DNA of 64,000 bases, from assembly GCF_902713615.1 (NCBI RefSeq), contig NC_052154.1:178793873-178857872 (forward strand). The letters are read 5' to 3'. This document shows, piece by piece, positions 61,745-64,000 of the stretch. The position numbers were made by a program, and so were the translations under genes. A model generated the notes under the pieces. It worked only from the letters and a program-made list of their open reading frames with translations, was not told where the DNA came from and made no database searches. Origin of the DNA: Scyliorhinus canicula. Its lineage: Eukaryota. Every line of letters begins with the position of its first letter. Position 1 is the stretch's first letter.

Positions 61745-64000
61745 CATCCCTGTGGTGTAGGTGCACTGACAGTTATGAATGGTACTGGCCTGTCCCACAG
61801 CCTCACCATCACAGATGGGGAGTTCATGCCTCTCATTGCCAGAGCTTGCCTGCCTGGTCCGCCATTTGAAACAGTTTGCACCTACATGTGAGGGTCCCTC
61901 AATACGGAGGTGATGTTTCTTTTCCCTTGCAGCCCCAGCAGTGGCCAACTCCCTTGGTGGCGCTGCAGAGCAACCGATCCACTGATTGGGCTGGTAAGTC
62001 TGGCCACCATCCTTAAATTGGTCCACCTTAATCCTGAATTAAGGTGGGCCACCATCCTTAATTGGTCGGCAGTTCAGTCAGAGACCTTGTAACTGGCCAC
62101 CGTGGGTAAAATAAGCCCTCTGGTCTCGCAACCACCTGTTTGGGCTCGGGTAATTGCTTTTGGTTCCAGCATCGGGTCACATGGCAGGCCGGTTAAATTC
62201 TGGCCTTTATTTCAGCATTTGAGTACACCAGTAAATGATCAAAAGATTCAGCGACTAGAGCTGCATTTTACTCAGATCGAATGAAGCTTTGTCTCCTGCT
62301 CCCCCAGTAATAAGTTAATGAATTTATCTTGCAGGTTGCTCGGTGTTGGGTTTCAGCTGTAGCAGCAGGAGAGCATTATAATTGGTGTCAGAACTCTTTA
62401 TTTCTGGAAAGGTCTAATCCGGGGACCTCTGGTTCTGGGCAGCATCACCAATACCTGTTGGAGGAGTTCTTCACACTTCATCTGATGAGGCCAGGATTCG
62501 GGGCAGATGTGATGCCTGCTTATAATCAAGTACTTTCTCACACTCATTGTCAAGGCTGACACAGAAATAATGGCCACTTCTGACTTCCCACCTCTAAAAA
62601 CTGGGCTTAATTTCAACACAAACTTACAAACAGTCTTGTCTCAAAGGGCCTTGACAGGCAGAAGAGGTGAGACAACACCACAAAGCACAACAATAGCGTT
62701 GTCACATATCCTCTTAATTGTAGGACAGAGGACTCACTCTTTTCTCTTATTTAATGAATAGTCAGACATCATAAGCTAAATATCTCTCTCCTTATTGATT
62801 GATTTGGGCAGCCAGTGCACAATTTGGCATTTCGACATCTTCTGAAGTACTCCTGCCCATTTATACAGGTGCAGGGTCTCAATTCCAGCGGTCCAAAAGC
62901 CATGCAGTTTTAGAATATGCCATGCATCAAGTTTAATTGAGCAAAATTGAAAAAAAAAAACTTACCTGGACAATTTGGCTGGGCACTCCACTGGGTGTGG
63001 CGTCAGTCCAGTTTCCCCTTTGCCGCATGCATGTCAGTCAATTCCTGTGCTCGAGCAACCCTTGACGCCACCTGACCCAACTTAGCCAGGAGCGTCACAC
63101 GGGGCCTAACCCACCCGACTGGAAATCTGACACGATCTGCAATCCAGCGCAGCCTTGTTCCCTTGGTTCCAGGTTTTGGGACCCTCTATCTGTCCTTAAT
63201 TTTGGTTTTCTGCCAGAGGGAACAATGCACCTAAATGCCAAATATTTAGAATAATGCATAATGACAGGGTGATGTCATGTGACAGATTCATTTACAGACA
63301 TACGTAGGAGCATACGAATCAGGAGCAGGAGTAGTAGGACACTCGGCGCCTCCAGCCTGCTCCCGATAACCTAATCACCCATTTGTTAATCAAGAATGTA
63401 TCTCGCTCTGCCTCATAAAAGGCTCTGCTTCCACTGCCTATTGAGGAAGAGAGTTCCAGAGACTCATGACCCTCTGGGAGAAAAGAATCCTCCTCATCTC
63501 TGTCTCACAAGAGCGACTTCTTATTTTGAAACAGGGCCCCTAGTTCTAGATTCTCGCACAAGTGACGTGTGCCTGTTAGAAGAAACACCAGTTGACACTG
63601 CAGAGAAATCAAAATTGTAAAAATCGCAATGATTTGCAAATTGCTAATAAACGCTGTGGGAGAAGTCCTCAATCTGTTGCTGTTTTATTTTGGGATATGC
63701 TATTTGTTTTTACTGCCAGATGAAGGTTTACCTTCTGCTTTGCGACAGTCTGCCTTGTAAACATTTGGTCCCTTTCCCGGTGGGAATTCCTTGGTGCTTG
63801 GCTGCCATTGGGAAAAATTAAGTGGAGTTACAAAGGGATAATGTGTGAGTAAGGCTCCATAGCAGGCATCTGCTATTCACCCAGTGATCCAGTCACCAGT
63901 AGCTGCAGATCGAGACGATGGTACCTGAATGTTGCAGCAGTGCACAAGGAGACTGCCTGGATGTTGTGCATATGTTAGACTGGTTTTGTGTGCCTCACCA

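Noticed and set aside
62864-63193. Possible Tigger-like MITE or a minus-strand splice donor at ~62965
   Set aside because: The terminal inverted match is weak, there is no clear TA TSD on both sides, and no recognisable exon.

Overview
Repeat-dense vertebrate DNA, very probably a cartilaginous fish (a catshark-like genome, inferred from HE1-type V-SINEs, a DeuSINE, CR1 LINEs and GC-rich Harbinger-like MITEs). I recognise no host protein-coding exon, rRNA, true tRNA or CRISPR array, so this looks like a large intron or gene desert. Main contents: (1) a decayed Gypsy provirus (5' LTR, Leu PBS, gag-PR-RT-RH-partial IN, 35482-39502); (2) a near full-length CR1 LINE (about 39530-44261) with an SGNH-esterase ORF1, an APE-RT ORF2 and three perfect 53-bp 5'UTR monomers; (3) several Penelope-like insertions with 11-13 bp TSDs and minimal hammerhead-ribozyme motifs, including a U3-A8 core variant, a 104-bp mini-element and a perfect 83-bp-arm hairpin; (4) several solo LTRs; (5) many SINEs whose V-domain body carries three different tails; (6) Harbinger-like MITEs with CAG TSDs; (7) AT-rich unique segments that look like enhancers, including an RFX X-box cluster. 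Most ORFs in the supplied track are by-products of these repeats. All family names are from recall, not from database searches.
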